Assembly (NCBI GenBank): GCA_051418015.1
Contig: JBPRGF010000024.1
Span: 98,635 to 162,634, forward strand
Direction of reading: 5' to 3'
DNA length: 64,000 bases
Source of the DNA: Candidatus Nitrospinota bacterium M3_3B_026
GTDB taxonomy: Bacteria; Nitrospinota_A; UBA7883; JBPRGF01
A program made the position numbers and the translations under genes. Numbering within the stretch: the first letter of the stretch is position 1; the number at the start of each line of letters is the position of its first letter. Shown in pieces: positions 60,162 through 64,000 of the stretch. The notes beneath the pieces are model-generated. The model did not search any database, had not been told where the DNA came from, and was given only the letters and a program-made list of their open reading frames with translations.

Positions 60162-60596
60162 TTATTTGGCAGGCGCCGAAAGCTCTTTTCCGGCCTCGGT
60201 GAATAAATTCTGGTTGTCAAGGTCCGCGCCGGAAGGCTCCGGCCGCCCCTCGTAGGCCCTGATCGACCCCTCCGGCGTGGTGCGGATCGGGAACTTGAAC
60301 CTCTTGAGCTTGCCGTCACGGAACTTGATCGTCCACATGATCGAATCCGACGAACGCATGGGGATAGAGGTGCCCCCCATGGGAACGAAGTCGGCGTAGG
60401 GCCGGCACTCGATCGCCTGCTGGGGGCATATCTTCACGCAGGAATAGCATTCCCAGCACTGCTCCGGCTCCTGGTTCAGCGCTTTCATCCTGTCCTTGTC
60501 GAGGTACATCAGGTCGTTCGGGCAGATGTACATACAGGCCGTCTTGTCCTGCCCTTTGCACCCATCGCATTTTTCCTGGATGACAAATGTTGGCAT
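60162..60596 (-). CDS. aprB: Adenylylsulfate reductase beta subunit
   Basis: CDGCKG..KTACMYICP, CWECYSCVKICP, KRFKFPIRTTPEG. Confidence 0.98.
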   Translation of the reverse strand: MPTFVIQEKCDGCKGQDKTACMYICPNDLMYLDKDRMKALNQEPEQCWECYSCVKICPQQAIECRPYADFVPMGGTSIPMRSSDSIMWTIKFRDGKLKRFKFPIRTTPEGSIRAYEGRPEPSGADLDNQNLFTEAGKELSAPAK

Positions 60597-60838
60597 CGTT
60601 CCCTCTCCCTAAAAAGTTGATACGTGAATCAATCCGTGATTTTCCTGGCGGTGTCCTGCGCTGGAATATATGGGAAGGCGGGGAAGGACTATACGGCTCC
60701 GGTCGGCTCGGGAAAGAATTCCTCTCCAGCGCAACGTGAGCATCTCCCCTCGAAAAATTTCGTGATTTTCCGGTCCGCCAGCCGATAAACTGAACCAGCG
60801 GATGGTAAAATTATGCAACCGGGGGAGTGAAAAATAAA

Positions 60839-60876
60839 ATAGATTGTTTGGATAATTAGGATAGACTATTATCTAT
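60839..60876. promoter_or_regulatory. Putative LysR operator
   Basis: ATAGA-N6-TCTAT palindrome (60861-60876) overlapping the lysR ATG; a second ATAGA half-site 22 bp upstream. Confidence 0.6.
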
Positions 60877-61783
60877 GCTCGATCAGGTTACCATTCATCA
60901 GCTGGATCTTTTCCTGGTGGCGGCGAAACTTAAAAACTTTTCCCGCGCCGCAGACCAGATGGCGATCAGCCAGCCAGCCTTTTCCGCGCAGATCATCAAG
61001 CTGGAGAAGATTCTCGGCACGCCCCTTTTCGAACGGATAGGGCGGAGGATCGAGCTGACCGAGGCGGGGCATGTTTTTGAGAAATACGCCCAGAGGACGT
61101 TGACGACGCTGAAGGAGGGCAAGCAGGCGATCGACGACATGTCCCGCAAGGTCATCGGGACGTTGAGGATCGGGGCCAGCACCACCATAGCGAACTATGT
61201 CCTGCCGGACTATCTCGGCGAGTACAAGAGGAAGTACCCGCAGGGCAGGGTGGAGATGATGGTGGGCAACACGAACCAGATCGAGCAGGCGCTTTTGAGG
61301 AACGAGATAGACATGGGGCTTGTGGAGGGCCCGGTCCGCAACAAGGGCATAAGGATACACCTTTTCAAGAAAGACGAGCTGGTCGTCATATTCTCCGCGA
61401 CGCATCCGTGGAACGGGCGCGAGTACGTGAGCCTCGACGAGTTCCAGAAAGAGCCGCTGATAATAAGGGAAAAAGGCTCCGGGACGCGCAAGGTCTTCAT
61501 GGACATAATGGACAACCCGCGCACGCCGCTGAACATCATCATGGAGATAGGCGACACGGAGGCGATAAAAAAATCCGCCCAGGCCAACCTCGGCGTGGCG
61601 GTGGTCAGCAGAAGCTCCATAAGCCGGGAGCTTGCGGACGGGTCTCTTTCCACCGCCAAGATAGACGGATACAAGTTCGAAAGGAAGCTGAGCCTGATAA
61701 TACTGGAGAGCAAATATCTTTCAAACCCCCTGAAGGCTTTCATAGCCGTCCTTGGCCCAGAGGATGCCGTCCCCGGCGCCTGA
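60875..61783 (+). CDS. LysR-family transcriptional regulator (CysL/CbbR-like)
   Basis: NFSRAADQMAISQPAFS HTH, LTEAG, IGASTT, REKGSGTR. Confidence 0.93.
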   Translation: MLDQVTIHQLDLFLVAAKLKNFSRAADQMAISQPAFSAQIIKLEKILGTPLFERIGRRIELTEAGHVFEKYAQRTLTTLKEGKQAIDDMSRKVIGTLRIGASTTIANYVLPDYLGEYKRKYPQGRVEMMVGNTNQIEQALLRNEIDMGLVEGPVRNKGIRIHLFKKDELVVIFSATHPWNGREYVSLDEFQKEPLIIREKGSGTRKVFMDIMDNPRTPLNIIMEIGDTEAIKKSAQANLGVAVVSRSSISRELADGSLSTAKIDGYKFERKLSLIILESKYLSNPLKAFIAVLGPEDAVPGA

Positions 61784-61938
61784 AAATCCAGGTCTTTGGT
61801 CCGGCGCCTCCTGCGCGCCCGGCCGGTTAGCGAATCGAACGGGTTTTTGATATTATCTACCAGGCCAGCGGCGCCGCGGTAGTGGCGGGTAACCGCCGGC
61901 CACCCCATGGCGCCGTTTATTATTGTGGAGATTATTAA

Positions 61939-62727
61939 GTGAGCGAGAACTCGCAGCCTCATAACCCCCTGGCCGGTGTCGACGAGATACTCGACAGGAT
62001 GGGCAGGGTAGGGTGGAACGACACTTTCAGCTTCAGCTGCCATAAGGAGCTTTCCTGCTGGACGGTCTGCTGCCGCCAGGCGGAGATCACCCTGACGCCC
62101 TACGATGTCCTGAGGCTCAAAAACAGGCTCGGGATGCGCTCCGGCGATTTTCTCGAAAAACACGGCCGCGTGACGGCGGACGCGGGTTTCGGCCTGCCCG
62201 CCGTCCGGCTGAAAATGAACGGCGATGGCGCCTGCCCCTTCGTCACGGACGACGGATGTACGGTCTATTCCGACCGGCCCACGACCTGCAGGCTCTATCC
62301 CCTCGGCCACGGCGTCTCCTCGGGGACGGACAAGGCCCGGGGGGAGAGCGTCTTTTTCAAGATCGAGGAGGATCACTGCCTCGGCTGGGGCGAGCCGAAG
62401 ACGTGGAGGCTGGATGAGTGGGTCGTCGACCAGGGGGCGAAGGAGTATAATTACTACAACGCCGTCTCGCCAAGCCTCTCCTTTCACCCGAAGCTGGATC
62501 CGAAAAAACTCGACGACAAGAAGCTCGGCATGATCCTCATGGCCCTTTACGACCTGGACAAGTTCCGCGAGTTCGTCTTCGGCACGACATTCCTGGAGCG
62601 GTTCGAGATCGAGAAGGATACCGTGGATGGGATCAGGGAAAACGACGAAGAACTCCTCAAGTTCGGCGTCCGGTGGATAGAGTTCTCCATTCTCGGGGCG
62701 CCTGTCATCGATGTGAGGGGGAAATGA
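61939..62727 (+). CDS. YkgJ-family Cys-cluster (putative Zn/Fe-S) protein
   Basis: FSC...CWTVCC, LTPYD, CPF...CTVY..RP..CR.YP. Confidence 0.88.
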   Translation: MSENSQPHNPLAGVDEILDRMGRVGWNDTFSFSCHKELSCWTVCCRQAEITLTPYDVLRLKNRLGMRSGDFLEKHGRVTADAGFGLPAVRLKMNGDGACPFVTDDGCTVYSDRPTTCRLYPLGHGVSSGTDKARGESVFFKIEEDHCLGWGEPKTWRLDEWVVDQGAKEYNYYNAVSPSLSFHPKLDPKKLDDKKLGMILMALYDLDKFREFVFGTTFLERFEIEKDTVDGIRENDEELLKFGVRWIEFSILGAPVIDVRGK

Positions 62728-62891
62728 AAGAGGACGCCGTCCCGCCGATCTCCGAGTACGGCCCCTACGAGCTGATCTTCGTGATATTCACACAGTATTT
62801 CCCCGTGGCCGTTGGGGTCGCGGCGTTCTTTGTGGTCATGCTCGTCCCGATTTTCTACCATGAGTGGAAAAAGAGGCAGAAAAAAGAGTAG
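62724..62891 (+). CDS. Small single-TM protein
   Basis: ATGA overlap with upstream gene, GAGGGG SD, hydrophobic core and basic C-tail. Confidence 0.6.
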   Translation: MKEDAVPPISEYGPYELIFVIFTQYFPVAVGVAAFFVVMLVPIFYHEWKKRQKKE

Positions 62892-62930
62892 CGGGTGCTC
62901 CCGGCCCGCCGCGCCTTCGACATCGCCCGT

Positions 62931-63848
62931 CTATTTGTCATGACACGTCAGGCACAACGACGAAGCGTTGTTGTTATTGACGCGCAGAAACGACGGGATG
63001 AACTCGCTGCCCGGCCCGGCGGAGTCCACCCCGTGCGGGTCGTGGCACGAGGCGCACTCGACCTCGTAGCCCTCGCCGGTGTCATAGAAGCGCACCTCGT
63101 TGTTGTCCGCCCGCCCGTCGCCGTCGCCGTCGAAGAACTTCAACGTCCCGTCCGTCCCCGTCGGCGCTTTGAAGTCGTAGAGCGTGGTGTTGGGAAGTTT
63201 CACGCCCACCGGGTGGTCGTCGCGAAGGTATAATCCGATGGTGAAGATACCGAAATCAAACCCTAGGGCTGAATTACGATCATGGCAACCCATACAGGTA
63301 TCATTTTCGTCGGACGCGGGATCGTAATTGCCATCGCCGACAACAGAACCATCTACGTTATTGACGCCGATTGGGAGGTGGTAGGTGGAAGACGGGTCGT
63401 CCCAGGTATCCAAAAAAGCATCGTTCTGGCTGGTCTCCTGCGCGGCGCTGTATCGCCCCGATCCCGGCATGTTGATGATGGAATCCAAAGCAACGGTTCC
63501 ATCATGGCAGGAGAGGCAGGTCAGTGAACTGGTCCCCGGCTGGGTGGGTTCCTGGCCGGACTGCAGGGGGGTGTTGTATAAAGTATACGTATTCCCCGGA
63601 TTAGTTCTGTTCCATAGCGGCGCGTCGATCGTGGAGTTGGCGCCATGCGGCGTGTGGCAGTATACACATACCTCGCCATACCGGTTATTTACCTCGCTGA
63701 CCCAGTCTCTCATCTTGTAGTTATAGGTAAAAGTAAGATTGTGCCTGGTATTGGCGACGCTGTCCACGTTGGGCGCTTGTGTGCCCGGCGCCCACCCGTC
63801 GGCGAAGGCCGCGGGCGCGCCCATGGCAACGATTACCAGCGCAAGCAA
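62931..63848 (-). CDS. Exported multiheme cytochrome c (5 CxxCH), OmcE-like
   Basis: CVYCH, CLSCH, CMGCH, CASCH, CLTCH; signal peptide ending AFA; start uncertain (TTG 63848, CTG 63872, or further upstream because the frame is open to the window edge). Confidence 0.88.
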   Translation of the reverse strand: MLALVIVAMGAPAAFADGWAPGTQAPNVDSVANTRHNLTFTYNYKMRDWVSEVNNRYGEVCVYCHTPHGANSTIDAPLWNRTNPGNTYTLYNTPLQSGQEPTQPGTSSLTCLSCHDGTVALDSIINMPGSGRYSAAQETSQNDAFLDTWDDPSSTYHLPIGVNNVDGSVVGDGNYDPASDENDTCMGCHDRNSALGFDFGIFTIGLYLRDDHPVGVKLPNTTLYDFKAPTGTDGTLKFFDGDGDGRADNNEVRFYDTGEGYEVECASCHDPHGVDSAGPGSEFIPSFLRVNNNNASSLCLTCHDK

Positions 63849-63898
63849 CGCGGCGGCCGGATGGTTTTTCAGCCGCGCCGGAGTAAATAGCGCTTTAT

Positions 63899-64000
63899 TG
63901 TCACTCTGAGCGTCAGCGAAGAGTCTCGCAACGTATGAAACGGCGGGATCCTTCGCTGGAGCCTGCCCTGAGCGAAGCCGAAGGGGCTCAGGATGACATT
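63899..64000. repeat. REP family A unit with a nested CCCTGAGCGAAGCCGAAGGG palindrome
   Basis: TGTCACTCTGAGC..AGCGAAGAGTCTC...GGGATCCTTCGCT...GCTCAGGATGACA. Confidence 0.8.

Noticed and set aside
63226..63750. Diversity-generating retroelement as the cause of the variable cytochrome segment
   Set aside because: No reverse transcriptase or template repeat in the window, and the shift is compositional at third positions rather than adenine-specific

Overview
GC-rich bacterial chromosome segment from a diderm organism (LptE-like and AsmA-like genes). The ffh-rpsP-khpA-rimM-trmD-SPOUT-rplS order and the apr/qmo genes are compatible with a Desulfobacterota/Nitrospirota/Nitrospinota-like lineage, but this is inference only. 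Contents from left to right: an envelope glycosylation cluster with a convergent radical SAM gene; an orphan TRAP permease; the ffh-rplS operon; a lipid/NAD/polyamine gene run; topoisomerase IV-like parC-parE; PBP1A; an HD-GYP protein; a tRNA-Asp/small Cys-rich ORF/tRNA-Met unit behind a perfect sigma70 promoter; a pfkB-sps-sus sucrose cluster; hflX; a split Csd6-like L,D-peptidase pair; and a complete aprBA-qmoABC-sat dissimilatory sulfur operon with a divergent LysR regulator. The window ends with an OmcE-like 5-heme cytochrome whose central part has a different base composition. Two families of short palindromic REP-like repeats occur in intergenic spacers. I saw no CRISPR array, rRNA, integrase or transposase. 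All product calls come from motif recognition by eye; no database search was run.
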